From: Bacillota bacterium
Lineage (GTDB): Bacteria > Bacillota > Clostridia > Christensenellales > SZUA-584
NCBI GenBank assembly: GCA_023410475.1
Contig: JAEYPS010000029.1
Location: 24,849 to 88,848 of the forward strand
Direction: 5' to 3'
Length of the DNA stretch: 64,000 nt
How positions within the stretch are numbered: position 1 is the stretch's first letter; each line of letters opens with the position of its first letter. The notes beneath the pieces were generated by a model. That model was given only the letters and a program-made list of their open reading frames with translations, was not told the origin of the DNA and searched no databases. Below are positions 1 through 13,622 of this stretch, in pieces. The translations under genes and the position numbers were made by a program.

Positions 1-50
1 ATAAGCCTGATGAGGTTTATATATAAAATTTTAAGATTGGAGAAAGGGTT

Positions 51-2681
51 ATGGCTGAAAAAAAGAAAACTGACATTCCGACTAATATGTCGGAAAAACC
101 GGCAGGAAACGTCGACGTGACCGCGATGATAGACCGGCTAGTCAAAAACGCGGGTGAGGCTCTTGCGCAATACATGAAGATGGATCAGGAGCAGGTAGAC
201 GAGATGGTGCACGCGATGACGCTTGAGGGTCTCGACGAACATATGCGGCTCGCGAAGCTCGCGGTTGAGGAAACCGGCCGCGGCGTGTTTGAAGACAAGG
301 TTATAAAGAATATATTTGCGACAGAATACATCTGGCACAGCATCAAGGACTTAAAGACTGTAGGTATCGTAGACGAGAGCGAGATGGAAGGCTATGTGGA
401 GGTTGCCGAGCCGGTGGGCATAATTGCGGGCGTGACGCCGGTAACGAATCCTACGTCCACCACAATGTTCAAGGCGCTTATAGCGGCAAAGACCCGAAAC
501 CCCATCATATTCGCTTTTCACCCGTCTGCGCAGAAATGCTCCGCTGAGTCCGCGAGGGTGCTGCGTGATGCTGCCGTCAGGCACGGCGGCCCGAAGCACT
601 GCGTGCAGTGGATAGAGAGCCCAAGCGTCGAAGCGACTAACGCGCTGATGAACCACCCCAGCGTATCGCTGATTCTCGCGACGGGCGGCGCGGGCATGGT
701 GAGATCCGCTTACAGCGCGGGCAAACCTGCGCTGGGCGTTGGCCCCGGAAACGTGCCCTGCTACATCCACAAGGACGTGGACGTAGAGCGCGCCTGCACG
801 GACCTCATAATTTCAAAGACATTCGACAATGGCATGATATGCGCTTCCGAACAGGCCGCGATAGTTCATACAGACGTCGCGGACGAGTTTGAGAGCGTTA
901 TGAAAAAGCACGGCTGCGTTTTCGTCGAGGGAGAAGACGCGGATAAGCTTGCGGATTACGTCGTAAACAGAGAGAAAAAGGCGGTAAATCCCGAGGTCGT
1001 TGGCAAGACGGCGCACTGGATAGCAAAAAAAGCGGGCATAGACGTACCGGAGAAAACGAAGATGCTCATCGTGAAGCTGGAAAAGCCGGGGCTGGAATAC
1101 CCGCTGTCGCTCGAAAAGCTATCTCCCGTGCTCGCATACTTTGTCGCCAGGAACGAGAAGCAGGGCTTCGACTTTTGCAACCGCATGCTCGAGCTCGGCG
1201 GTCTCGGGCACAGCGCAGTCATACACTCAAACGACGAGGACCTGTGCGTGGAGTTCGGCAAGGCGATGAAGGTTGGCCGCGTTATCGTAAACTCTCCGTC
1301 GTCGCAGGGCGCTATAGGCGATATTTACAACACGAACACGCCGTCGCTGACGCTTGGCTGCGGAAGCTTCGGGCGCAACTCCACGACGAGCAATATCTCG
1401 TCCGTCAACCTCATAAACAAAAAGCGTATAGCGCAGCGGAGGGTAAATATGCAGTGGTTCAAAATACCGCCCAAGATCTACTTTGAGAAGGGCTCAATAC
1501 AGTACCTCGAGTCTATGCCGAATATATCCCGCGCGTTCATCGTGACCGACCCCGTTATGATGAAGCTCGGATACGTAGACAAGGCGCTGTATTACCTTCG
1601 CAAGAGAGAGCGGTACTGCCACAGCGAGATATACTCTGATGTCGAGCCCGACCCTTCCGTTGAGACAATAATGAAGGGCGTAGAGGAGATGAACAGGTTC
1701 AATCCAGACGTGATAATCGCTCTCGGCGGAGGCAGCGCAATAGACGCTGCCAAGGGCATGTGGCTGTTCTACGAGCACCCCGACACCGACTTTGAGGGAC
1801 TTCGCCTTAAATTCCTAGACATCCGCAAGCGTGCGTTCAACTTCCCGAATCTCGGAAAAAAGGCGCAGTTCGTGGCCATACCCACTACGTCGGGCACGGG
1901 AAGCGAGGTGACGTCGTTTTCGGTTATAACGGACAAACAGAACAACGTAAAATACCCTCTGGCCGATTACGAGCTGACGCCCGACGTCGCTATAATCGAC
2001 CCGCAGTTTACGGCCACTATGCCCAAATCCATCGTAGCCGACACAGGGCTTGACGTGCTGACGCACGCGATTGAGGCGTACGTGTCCATACTAGCGTCCG
2101 ACTACACGAACGGGCTCGCGATAAAGGCTATAGAGCTCGTGTTCAAATACCTGCGCCGCTCGTTCAGCGACCCCGGAGACACGCTTGCCCGAGAGAAGAT
2201 GCACAACGCGTCGTGCATAGCGGGCATGGCGTTCACGAACGCGTTCCTTGGCATAAACCACTCTCTCGCGCACAAGCTCGGCGGAGAATACCACATACCG
2301 CACGGCCGCGCCAATGCCATAATGCTGCCGCATGTTATCGAGTTTAACGCGGGGGAGCCCGCGAAGTTCGCGATATTCCCGAAGTACGGCAAATTCGTTG
2401 CCGACGAGCGCTACGCCCAGATCGCGAGATACCTCGGATTCGGCGGAGACACAAAAGAGGAGCAGGTTAAGGCGCTTATAAGAGAGGTCAAGAAGCTGAT
2501 GGACGACCTCGGGATGCCTAAGACGATAGCGGAGTGCGGCGTAAAGGAAGCGGACTTTTTAAAGAAGCTGCCTGAGCTTGGCGAAAGAGCGTTCGAGGAC
2601 CAGTGCACTACAGCGAACCCGCGCTATCCCCTTGTGACCGAGCTGATGGACATCTACAAAAAGGCGTACTCCGGAGAATAA
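51..2681 (+). CDS. adhE: bifunctional acetaldehyde-CoA/alcohol dehydrogenase
   Basis: 876-aa ORF. N-terminal aldehyde dehydrogenase half (catalytic Cys context FDNGMICASEQ) fused to a C-terminal iron-type alcohol dehydrogenase half (GGGSAIDAAK; His cluster NHSLAHKLGGEYHIPHG). GGAGAAAGGG SD just upstream of the ATG. Confidence 0.95.
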   Translation: MAEKKKTDIPTNMSEKPAGNVDVTAMIDRLVKNAGEALAQYMKMDQEQVDEMVHAMTLEGLDEHMRLAKLAVEETGRGVFEDKVIKNIFATEYIWHSIKDLKTVGIVDESEMEGYVEVAEPVGIIAGVTPVTNPTSTTMFKALIAAKTRNPIIFAFHPSAQKCSAESARVLRDAAVRHGGPKHCVQWIESPSVEATNALMNHPSVSLILATGGAGMVRSAYSAGKPALGVGPGNVPCYIHKDVDVERACTDLIISKTFDNGMICASEQAAIVHTDVADEFESVMKKHGCVFVEGEDADKLADYVVNREKKAVNPEVVGKTAHWIAKKAGIDVPEKTKMLIVKLEKPGLEYPLSLEKLSPVLAYFVARNEKQGFDFCNRMLELGGLGHSAVIHSNDEDLCVEFGKAMKVGRVIVNSPSSQGAIGDIYNTNTPSLTLGCGSFGRNSTTSNISSVNLINKKRIAQRRVNMQWFKIPPKIYFEKGSIQYLESMPNISRAFIVTDPVMMKLGYVDKALYYLRKRERYCHSEIYSDVEPDPSVETIMKGVEEMNRFNPDVIIALGGGSAIDAAKGMWLFYEHPDTDFEGLRLKFLDIRKRAFNFPNLGKKAQFVAIPTTSGTGSEVTSFSVITDKQNNVKYPLADYELTPDVAIIDPQFTATMPKSIVADTGLDVLTHAIEAYVSILASDYTNGLAIKAIELVFKYLRRSFSDPGDTLAREKMHNASCIAGMAFTNAFLGINHSLAHKLGGEYHIPHGRANAIMLPHVIEFNAGEPAKFAIFPKYGKFVADERYAQIARYLGFGGDTKEEQVKALIREVKKLMDDLGMPKTIAECGVKEADFLKKLPELGERAFEDQCTTANPRYPLVTELMDIYKKAYSGE

Positions 2682-2757
2682 AAAACGAACTGTGGACTAA
2701 CGTTAACGGGCGGCCTCAGGCCGCCCCTACGGATTAAAAATATAACCGAAAAAGCAA

Positions 2758-2790
2758 GACCCTCCTGCCGAATGGCAGGAGGGTCGTTTT
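2758..2790 (+). terminator. rho-independent terminator after adhE
   Basis: Perfect 12-bp stem GACCCTCCTGCC/GGCAGGAGGGTC with GAAT loop, followed by GTTTT. Confidence 0.8.
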
Positions 2791-2811
2791 GTAATCGCTG
2801 TGTCTGTTTTA

Positions 2812-6327
<3,516 letters not shown>

Positions 6328-6560
6328 TTATCATAAATAAATATTGACTATGTAACCAGTTTGCCCATAAAATCTTGCGAAAATAGTGTTTTTAAAACTG
6401 TCGCGCGATTTTTTAGGCTGTGAATTTTTACTCATGCCCAGTCCACTATTATATATACTTTTGTAGAAACGGTCAACCTTTAGGGGTGTTTTTGGCGATA
6501 AAAAAGGCCCGAACTCTTATTCAGGCCGAATAAATTGGGTTTATGTTATAAAGAAGGATT

Positions 6561-7595
6561 TTACTGTATCGTCTCCGCAGCGGGCTCGCGCCCGAACGTG
6601 CCTCTCTCAAGCTGATCGAGAGCAAGGCCGGCTCCTGTCGCCACCGCGTCGAGAGGGTATTCCGAACGCCTCACAGGCATCCCCGTCGCCTTTGCGACCA
6701 GACGGTTAAGCCCGTGCAGCATCGAGCCTCCGCCCGACATCACTATTCCTTCCGTTATTATATCGGCGGCGAGCTCGGGAGGAGTGTTTTCAAGCACGTT
6801 TTTTATCGTGTCAATTATGCTCTGCACCGGCTCCGCAAGAGCCTCTCTGATGTCAGAGGATGTGACGGTTATTGAAACGGGCAGGCCGGATGTTATACTG
6901 CGCCCCCTGAGTTCCATCGTAAGCTCTTTGCCGCGGTCTACGACACACCCAAGCTCAATCTTGACATGCTCTGCAGAAGCCTCTCCTATCACCATGCTGT
7001 GCGTCTTTTTGACATATCTCATTATAGCTTCGTCCATATGGTTGCCCCCCACGCGAAGCGACCTTGACGTTACGATACCGCCGAGCGAAATTACCGCGAC
7101 CTCCGTCGTCCCGCCGCCTATATCGACTACCATCGAGCCCTTGGCCTGGTATACGTCGAGCCCCGAGCCTATCGCTGCCGCCATGGGCTCTTCGAGAAGA
7201 AAAACCTCGCGGGCGCCGGCAGACCTTGCTGCTTCTTCAACAGCGCGTTTTTCGACCTCGGTTATGCCGCAGGGCACGCATATGACAAGCCGCGGGCTGC
7301 GCCTGAAGAACATTCCCTGAGGAACGGTCTTTCTGATAAAATACCTCAACATAATCTCCGTTGTGCCGTAGTCCGCAATAACCCCATCTTTCATCGGGCG
7401 CACGGCGACGATGTTGCCCGGAGTCTTGCCTATCATTTTTTTCGCTTCCTCGCCTACCGCTAGTATATCTTTTCTGTTCGTCTTCATTGCAACAACAGAG
7501 GGTTCCCGCAAAATAATGCCCTTGCCTTTCATATAAACAAGCGTATTGGCCGTGCCAAGGTCTATACCGAGGCAGGGCGCAAAAAGTGAAAACAT
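6561..7595 (-). CDS. mreB: rod-shape determining actin homologue MreB/Mbl
   Basis: Actin-fold motifs LGIDLGTANTLVY and VVDIGGGTTEVAV. Start set at the ATG 6 nt after GGAGG (MFSLFAP...), not the upstream ORF-track Met. Confidence 0.9.
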   Translation of the reverse strand: MFSLFAPCLGIDLGTANTLVYMKGKGIILREPSVVAMKTNRKDILAVGEEAKKMIGKTPGNIVAVRPMKDGVIADYGTTEIMLRYFIRKTVPQGMFFRRSPRLVICVPCGITEVEKRAVEEAARSAGAREVFLLEEPMAAAIGSGLDVYQAKGSMVVDIGGGTTEVAVISLGGIVTSRSLRVGGNHMDEAIMRYVKKTHSMVIGEASAEHVKIELGCVVDRGKELTMELRGRSITSGLPVSITVTSSDIREALAEPVQSIIDTIKNVLENTPPELAADIITEGIVMSGGGSMLHGLNRLVAKATGMPVRRSEYPLDAVATGAGLALDQLERGTFGREPAAETIQ

Positions 7596-7713
7596 ATATA
7601 ACCTCCGCATTCTGATATGGTATAATTCTTCCTATATGGGTAGTTTTTATACATATAATCCGGGCAATTTATCAAGCTGAAATATGCGATTACGTTATAG
7701 GAGCCAAGCTGAG

Positions 7714-8652
7714 ATGGATAAAAATCAGGCGTTTGAATACTTAAGCCGAATAAACAGAGTATGCGACTATATAGACTCGAACCTTAAAGAAGAGATGACG
7801 CTTCAGGAGCTAGCAAGCGTCGCCGGTTTTTCCGAGTTTCATTTTCACAGGATATTTGCGGCGATGACGGGTGAGACTTTGTTCAGCTTTATATGGAGGC
7901 TCAGGGTCGAGCGGGCCGCCGTGCAGCTTTGCGTGAATGCTTCGCAGACGGTTGCAGAAATTTCAAGCGAATATGGTTTTTCGTCACAAGCGGTGTTTTC
8001 GCGCATGTTCAGGAAGAGGTTTGACTGCAGCCCGTCCGAGTTCCGCAGCCGCAACAGAAGTCAAACGATAAGCAGCCTCGGTCAACTGCTCCGCAACAGC
8101 GGAGGAGATTTTCCCCTCGGCGCGCTCTATAATGGGGCTACCCAGAGCGGGAATAATCAAAACAGGAGGCAGGATATGAAGGCTGAAGTAAAAATCGAAA
8201 GCATTGATAAAATGAGGGTGGCGTATGTAAGGTATATAGGTCCTTACGCGGGTAATGCCGAGTTGTTCGGGAACCTGTATAAAAGGCTGTTTAACTGGGC
8301 GGAGCCGAGGGGCGTTGATACGTCCACAACGTATATACTTTATCACGACGACCCGGCGGTGACGGAGGAGAGCAAGCTCAGGGTAAGCGTGTGCGTTCCT
8401 ATAGCGGGCGACGTGAAGGTTTCGGGCGAGGTATGCGATATGGAGATAGGAGGAGGGCAGTACGCCGTAGGAAGCTTTGCGGTGGGTGCCGACGAGTTCG
8501 GTGAGGCGTGGGGTTATATGTGCGGGGAATGGCTGCCCACAAGCGGATACCAGCCCGCAGACAGCGCTCCTTTTGAGCGGTACGGGGCAGACTGCGAAAC
8601 GCAGAACGGTAAAATGAAGGTGGACATCTGTATACCTGTGATACCTATGTAG
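7714..8652 (+). CDS. AraC-family transcriptional regulator with C-terminal GyrI-like effector-binding domain
   Basis: N-terminal AraC HTH (SEFHFHRIFAAMTGETLFSFIWRLRVERA). The C-terminal ~150 aa resembles GyrI/SbmC-like small-molecule binding domains. Start at MDKNQAF after AGGAG. Confidence 0.8.
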   Translation: MDKNQAFEYLSRINRVCDYIDSNLKEEMTLQELASVAGFSEFHFHRIFAAMTGETLFSFIWRLRVERAAVQLCVNASQTVAEISSEYGFSSQAVFSRMFRKRFDCSPSEFRSRNRSQTISSLGQLLRNSGGDFPLGALYNGATQSGNNQNRRQDMKAEVKIESIDKMRVAYVRYIGPYAGNAELFGNLYKRLFNWAEPRGVDTSTTYILYHDDPAVTEESKLRVSVCVPIAGDVKVSGEVCDMEIGGGQYAVGSFAVGADEFGEAWGYMCGEWLPTSGYQPADSAPFERYGADCETQNGKMKVDICIPVIPM

Positions 8653-8666
8653 TATAAATAAAGAGC

Positions 8667-8873
8667 GCGGCGGAGACGCCGCTCAGGCCGCTGACAAAGC
8701 CCATCTACTTCGTTGTTTTTCCGCTTGCTCCTCGAAGTAGCGCTGCTACGTCTTGTCGCAATGCTCAAAACGCCTTGTATCTGGGACTTTTCAGCGGCCT
8801 TCATTTTGTCAAGTCAATATTGTATTTTGATTTTGAGTTTTTCATCAAGCTGAGAGTGGGCGGAGACGCCGCT
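8667..8873. repeat. two copies of a 14-bp GC hairpin core (GCGGAGACGCCGCT) 190 bp apart, bracketing a structured spacer
   Basis: Exact 14-mer at 8670-8683 and 8860-8873. The second copy is followed by TTTTTT. A nested stem (GGCCGCTGA 8686-8694 with TCAGCGGCC 8791-8799) lies between them. Confidence 0.6.
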
Positions 8874-8990
8874 TTTTTATATATGCTGAAATGAAAAAAG
8901 TAAATGCGGTAAACAGAGTGGTTTATATTATTTCAATATGGCTACGGTTATGGTAGAATACATAGTCGAAAAAACCAAGGAGCAAATCAT

Positions 8991-10259
8991 TTGAAAACAG
9001 AAGCGCTTATAATCTTTGCCGCAACATACGTACTTTTGCTGGTGTTCCCAAAAATCAGGGCTTATATCGCTCTCGGATCGGCGGCTCTGTTCGTGATACT
9101 CGGCATAATGCCGCTCGAAAGGCTGCCTTACGCCATAGACTGGAATGTCCTGATGATGATCGCGGGCACTATGGGCATAGTATCGCTGTTCATCAAGTCT
9201 AAGATGCCCGCATTGCTCGCAGATATGCTGATAGACAGGATGCCTAATGTAAAATGGGCAGTTATCGCTCTTTCGATATTTTCAGGGGTAATATCTGCGT
9301 TCATCGACAATGTGGCTACGGTACTGATAGTGGCGCCCGTCGCGCTGACGATATCGAAAAAGCTCGAAATCTCTCCTGTGCCCGGCATAATCGCCATAGC
9401 GGTGTCGTCAAACCTTCAGGGCGCGGCGACTCTGGTCGGGGACACTACATCCATACTTCTCGGAGGCCACGCGAACATGGACTTTCTCGACTTTTTCTTT
9501 TTCCAGGGGAAGATAGGGTTGTTCTTTGTCGTGCAGGCGGGAGCGCTGGCTTCGGTTCTTATACTGATGTTCCTGTTCAGGAGGGACAAGCAAGCTATTC
9601 ATCTCACTGAGACAACGAAGGTAACGGACTATTTTCCCACATTCCTGCTTGTCGGAATGGTAGCGCTGCTGATAGCGGCGTCGTTTATACCGGGCAGGCC
9701 GGCTGTGACAAACGGGCTCATATGCATGGGCGTGCTTATAATAGGTTTGGCGCGCAGCCTGTTCAGATCAAAATGTACCAAAGAGTGCCGTGAAGCGATA
9801 AAGGAGATAGATTATTTTACGGTGCTGCTTCTGACGGGATTGTTCGTAGTTGTGGGAGGGATAACGGAAGCGGGTATTGTAAAGGACATAAGCGCGCTGT
9901 TCGTCTCGATAAGCGGCGACAACATATTTATCACATATACGCTTATAGTATGGGCTTCGGTGCTGCTGTCGGCGTTCATAGACAACATACCGTATGTGGC
10001 GACGATGCTGCCCGTGGCGGCGGGGATATCTCAGATAATGGGCGTAAGCCCGAATCTTTTGTATTTCGGGCTGCTGGTAGGGGCGACGCTCGGCGGCAAC
10101 ATAACGCCGATAGGAGCGTCCGCTAACATAACCGCGCTGGGCATTCTTCGCAAAGAGGGCTATGAGGTAAAAGCGGGGCAGTTCATGAGGATAGGCGTTC
10201 CGTTCACGCTGGCGGCGGTTACGGCGGGCTATCTTATCGTCTGGTTTTTATGGCGGTAG
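8991..10259 (+). CDS. ArsB/NhaD (IT-superfamily) permease, substrate unknown
   Basis: 422-aa polytopic membrane protein. Two-fold repeated SAFIDN(V/I) motifs typical of ArsB/NhaD/CitMHS-type ion transporters. TTG start 8 nt after AAGGAG. Confidence 0.75.
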   Translation: MKTEALIIFAATYVLLLVFPKIRAYIALGSAALFVILGIMPLERLPYAIDWNVLMMIAGTMGIVSLFIKSKMPALLADMLIDRMPNVKWAVIALSIFSGVISAFIDNVATVLIVAPVALTISKKLEISPVPGIIAIAVSSNLQGAATLVGDTTSILLGGHANMDFLDFFFFQGKIGLFFVVQAGALASVLILMFLFRRDKQAIHLTETTKVTDYFPTFLLVGMVALLIAASFIPGRPAVTNGLICMGVLIIGLARSLFRSKCTKECREAIKEIDYFTVLLLTGLFVVVGGITEAGIVKDISALFVSISGDNIFITYTLIVWASVLLSAFIDNIPYVATMLPVAAGISQIMGVSPNLLYFGLLVGATLGGNITPIGASANITALGILRKEGYEVKAGQFMRIGVPFTLAAVTAGYLIVWFLWR

Positions 10260-10352
10260 ACGCAAAGTCGATTATATTGTTTGTTTATATCAGAATAAAC
10301 GGAAACGGCCTTTTGCATGGCCGTTTTCTTTCATCCTAATATTAGAAGATAA

Positions 10353-10922
10353 TTATATTACATCCAGCTTTTTAAGCATACCGTATACCGTGTTCTGAGG
10401 CAGCCCCATCACGTTGAAGTAGCATCCCTGAATGCCTCGTATGAACTTTCCGCAGTAGCCTTGTATGCCGTAAGCGCCGGCCTTGTCCATGGGCTCTCCC
10501 GTATCGATATAGGTCTTTATCTCATCACTCGTCATTATATCGAACGTGACCTCGGTCACGACGCAGTCCGTCAGCGCTTTGCCGCCGCAGACAATAGCTA
10601 TTCCCGTATAGACCTTATGCGTCCTGCCCGAGAGCATACCCAGCATACTCGCGGCTTCAGCATTATCCTTCGGCTTTCCGAGTATCCTGCCGCCCACCGC
10701 GACGAGCGTGTCCGCGCCTATGACTACGGCTTCAGGGTATGACTTTGCGATGTCGAGCGCCTTGTCTTTCGCGAGCTGAAGTGTCTGCTGCTTCGGAGTG
10801 CCGTGCGCCGTCTCTTCAAGATTGCTGGGGTTCACCTCGAATTCATCCACAATAAAAGACAGCAGCTCTTTTCTTCTCGGAGAGCCTGAAGCCAGTATTA
10901 TGCGTTTATCTGCCATATCCAT
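10353..10922 (-). CDS. maf: Maf-like nucleoside triphosphate pyrophosphatase (septum formation protein)
   Basis: 189 aa with motifs ILASGSPRRKELL and DKAGAYGIQG. Confidence 0.9.
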   Translation of the reverse strand: MDMADKRIILASGSPRRKELLSFIVDEFEVNPSNLEETAHGTPKQQTLQLAKDKALDIAKSYPEAVVIGADTLVAVGGRILGKPKDNAEAASMLGMLSGRTHKVYTGIAIVCGGKALTDCVVTEVTFDIMTSDEIKTYIDTGEPMDKAGAYGIQGYCGKFIRGIQGCYFNVMGLPQNTVYGMLKKLDVI

Positions 10923-10957
10923 ACCCCTTGCATTACATTAAAACGTATCGGCTTTAT

Positions 10958-10983
10958 AAAAAAGGCGGCAATATAGAGCCGCC
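10958..10983 (-). terminator. rho-independent terminator after rnfB
   Basis: On the minus strand: GGCGGC-loop-GCCGCC followed by TTTTTT. Confidence 0.7.
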
Positions 10984-10995
10984 TCACATGCTGTA

Positions 10996-11820
10996 TTATT
11001 TGCTTGCCGGTTCCTCTTTAACCGCCGGAGTACCCGCTATTACCTTCTTTGGGCAGGCGGCTACGCATACTCCGCAGCCCGTGCATTTATCATGGTCTAT
11101 CACGGGCAGGTTGCCCACCATAGTGATAGCGCCCTCGGGGCATTTCTTCGCGCATATGCCGCAAGCTATGCAGCCCGCCTTGCAGGCTACCGTGACCGCC
11201 TTGCCCTTTTCGGGAGCGTGGCAGCGTACGAAAACCTGCTGGTCTTTGGGCATAACGACTATACTCTTCTTGGGACAGGCCTCGGCGCATATTCCGCAGC
11301 CCGTGCAGATATCTTCGTCAATCTCGGCTACGCCGCTTTTGCCGAGGTGTATGGCGCCGAACGGGCAAGCCTTGGCGCATGTCAGAAGCCCGACACAGCC
11401 GTACTTGCAAGACTGAGGGCCGCCCGCGAGCGCGGCGGCCGCGCGGCAGTCATGCAGCCCTGTGTACACGTACTTGGGAACGCAGTTTTCTGAGCCGCCC
11501 GAGCACAATACGCGAGCCACGTTCTTTTCGCCCTCTTCCGCCTCGACGCCGAGCGCCTCCGCTATAGCCTTTAATCCGTCGGCGGATAACGCTACGCATG
11601 CGGCGGGTTTTATCTCACCCGCTGCGACGGCCTTCGCAAACCCTTCACAGCCGGGGAAGCCGCAGCCTCCGCAGTTGGCGCCGGGCAGAAGGTCGCGGAC
11701 CTTCTCAACGTTGGGATCGGTCTTTACCGCAAATACCTTTGACGCTACCGCGAGCCCGAGCCCTAATAGCAGCCCGAGCCCGCCGAGAGCTATCGCAGGC
11801 CACAGAATATCGTTTAGCAT
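10996..11820 (-). CDS. rnfB: Rnf electron-transport complex subunit B (polyferredoxin)
   Basis: N-terminal membrane anchor and CGGCGFPGC cluster, then several CxxCxxCxxxCP motifs (CTGCGICAEACP, CIACGICAKKCP, CTGCGVCVAACP). Last gene of the rnfCDGEAB order. Confidence 0.9.
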   Translation of the reverse strand: MLNDILWPAIALGGLGLLLGLGLAVASKVFAVKTDPNVEKVRDLLPGANCGGCGFPGCEGFAKAVAAGEIKPAACVALSADGLKAIAEALGVEAEEGEKNVARVLCSGGSENCVPKYVYTGLHDCRAAAALAGGPQSCKYGCVGLLTCAKACPFGAIHLGKSGVAEIDEDICTGCGICAEACPKKSIVVMPKDQQVFVRCHAPEKGKAVTVACKAGCIACGICAKKCPEGAITMVGNLPVIDHDKCTGCGVCVAACPKKVIAGTPAVKEEPASK

Positions 11821-11841
11821 AAGTATCGTCCTTTCATTTGC

Positions 11842-12426
11842 CTATATGAGGCCCTGAAACCCCATGAACGCGGAAGCCATCAGTCCGGCGGATATAAGCG
11901 CGATGGGGAAGTCCTTTAGAGGAGCAGGTATGGGAGCAAGCTCGAGCCTCTCCCTTATGCCCGCGAACAGCACTATGGCGAGCATGAACCCGACAGCGGC
12001 TCCGACGCCGTTCACAAGCGTCTGAATCAGGTTATAGCCTTCGTTTATGTTTATTATCGCTACGCCGAGCACCGCGCAGTTTGTCGTTATAAGAGGCAGA
12101 TATACGCCGAGCGCCTTGTAAAGCGCGGGCACAGCCTTTTGCAGCATCAGCTCGACGAGCTGCACGAGCGCCGCTATGACGAGTATGAACGCTATCGTCT
12201 GCATGTATTCTATCCCCAGCGGCACGAGTATGAAATACTGCACGAGATACGATATCACCGAAGCGAGCGCCATCACGAACGTTACCGCGAGACCCATTCC
12301 GACAGCCGTTTCGACGCGTTTCGATACGCCGAGGAACGGGCAGATACCGAGTATCTTAGAGAGCACGAAGTTGTTTACGAGTATAGAGCTTAAAAGTATC
12401 AGCATTATGCCTGCGAATCCTTCCAT
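11842..12426 (-). CDS. rnfA: Rnf complex subunit A
   Basis: 194-aa six-TM protein homologous to the adjacent RnfE. Position within the rnf operon. Confidence 0.9.
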   Translation of the reverse strand: MEGFAGIMLILLSSILVNNFVLSKILGICPFLGVSKRVETAVGMGLAVTFVMALASVISYLVQYFILVPLGIEYMQTIAFILVIAALVQLVELMLQKAVPALYKALGVYLPLITTNCAVLGVAIININEGYNLIQTLVNGVGAAVGFMLAIVLFAGIRERLELAPIPAPLKDFPIALISAGLMASAFMGFQGLI

Positions 12427-12429
12427 GGC

Positions 12430-13050
12430 TTAGTGCGCTCCTTTCTTCTTTTTCAGCGATGTGAGCTTGTTCATAAGGCCTATGAGCAGGCCGAGGATTA
12501 TGAACCCTCCGGGAGCCATGCCCATATAGAGCGCGGCCTGGAATTCCTCTCCGAAAAGGGAAACGCCCATAATCGAGCCGGAACCCAATATCTCACGTAT
12601 GACGGCGAGAAGCGTGAGAGCCAGTGTAAAGCCTATGCCCATCGCGATGCCGTCCATAAACGCCGCCGGTACGCTGTTTTTATACGCGTACGCCTCGCCT
12701 CTGGCGAGTATGATGCAGTTGACGACTATAAGCGGTATGAACAGCCCGAGCGACTTGTCCAATGCCGGCACGAAGCCCTTCAACACAAGCTGCACTATCG
12801 TCACGAACGTCGCTATTATTACTATAAACGCCGGTATCCTGACTTTCGGCGGTATGAAATTTCGAAGCAGCGATATGAATACGTTTGAGCAGACGAGCAC
12901 GAACGTAGCCGCGAGGCCCATGCCTATGCCGTTTATGCCCTCCGTCGATACCGCGAGCGTGGGGCACATGCCGAGCAGCAGCTTGAATATCGGGTTTTCA
13001 TCAAGTATTCCGTTTTTCAGTATGGCCAAAGGCCTTTGTTTTGTCTTCAT
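12430..13050 (-). CDS. rnfE: Rnf complex subunit E
   Basis: 206-aa polytopic protein paralogous to RnfA. 4-nt overlap with rnfG. Confidence 0.9.
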   Translation of the reverse strand: MKTKQRPLAILKNGILDENPIFKLLLGMCPTLAVSTEGINGIGMGLAATFVLVCSNVFISLLRNFIPPKVRIPAFIVIIATFVTIVQLVLKGFVPALDKSLGLFIPLIVVNCIILARGEAYAYKNSVPAAFMDGIAMGIGFTLALTLLAVIREILGSGSIMGVSLFGEEFQAALYMGMAPGGFIILGLLIGLMNKLTSLKKKKGAH

Positions 13051-13622
13051 TTCACACCTCCGGCCATCTGTTTATAGAATTCCGCGGCTGTGTTGACTGC
13101 GTTTGTTATAGCCTTCGACGTTACCGTCGCGCCCGCTATGGCCTCTATGTCGTATTCGCCCGAAGCAGCTTTGACCATCTGGAACGGCTTGTCTATAGGC
13201 TTGCCCGAAAACTTGTCCGAAAGCTCCGACGGTTTTTCGGCCTTTTTGCCGAGGCCGGGAGTCTCGCTGTTGTCGCCTATTACTACGCGTTTAACAGTGC
13301 CGTCTGCGCTTATGCCCACCGTCAGGTTGAGCCCGGCGTTGTAGCCCTTTGTCGTTATCCCGAATGTGGCGCCTATAATATTGCCGCCAGAATCCTTGGC
13401 GTAGAATACGTTTTTGATTATCGAATATTCATTGGGTATATCCGCGCCGTATTCTTCGAAGTCCGCAGCATCAGGGAACGCAGCGAGCCGGGCCTCGGTG
13501 GCCGCTTTTTCCATCTGCTGTGCTATAGGCTCTTTCGTGACGCTGTAGACCGCGCCGAGCAGCGCGCCCGCGACGATCGTTATAAGCAGCAGCTTTATCG
13601 TGACCTTGACTATATTATTCAT
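13047..13622 (-). CDS. rnfG: Rnf complex subunit G (FMN-binding)
   Basis: N-terminal TM helix and covalent-FMN motif AIAGATVTSKAI. Start chosen at the ATGA overlap with the rnfD stop (MNNIVKV...). Confidence 0.9.
   Translation of the reverse strand: MNNIVKVTIKLLLITIVAGALLGAVYSVTKEPIAQQMEKAATEARLAAFPDAADFEEYGADIPNEYSIIKNVFYAKDSGGNIIGATFGITTKGYNAGLNLTVGISADGTVKRVVIGDNSETPGLGKKAEKPSELSDKFSGKPIDKPFQMVKAASGEYDIEAIAGATVTSKAITNAVNTAAEFYKQMAGGVK

Noticed and set aside
8514-8804. 96-aa minus-strand ORF between the AraC-type gene and the permease.
   Set aside because: It overlaps the 3' end of the AraC-type gene and runs through nested hairpins, with no RBS.
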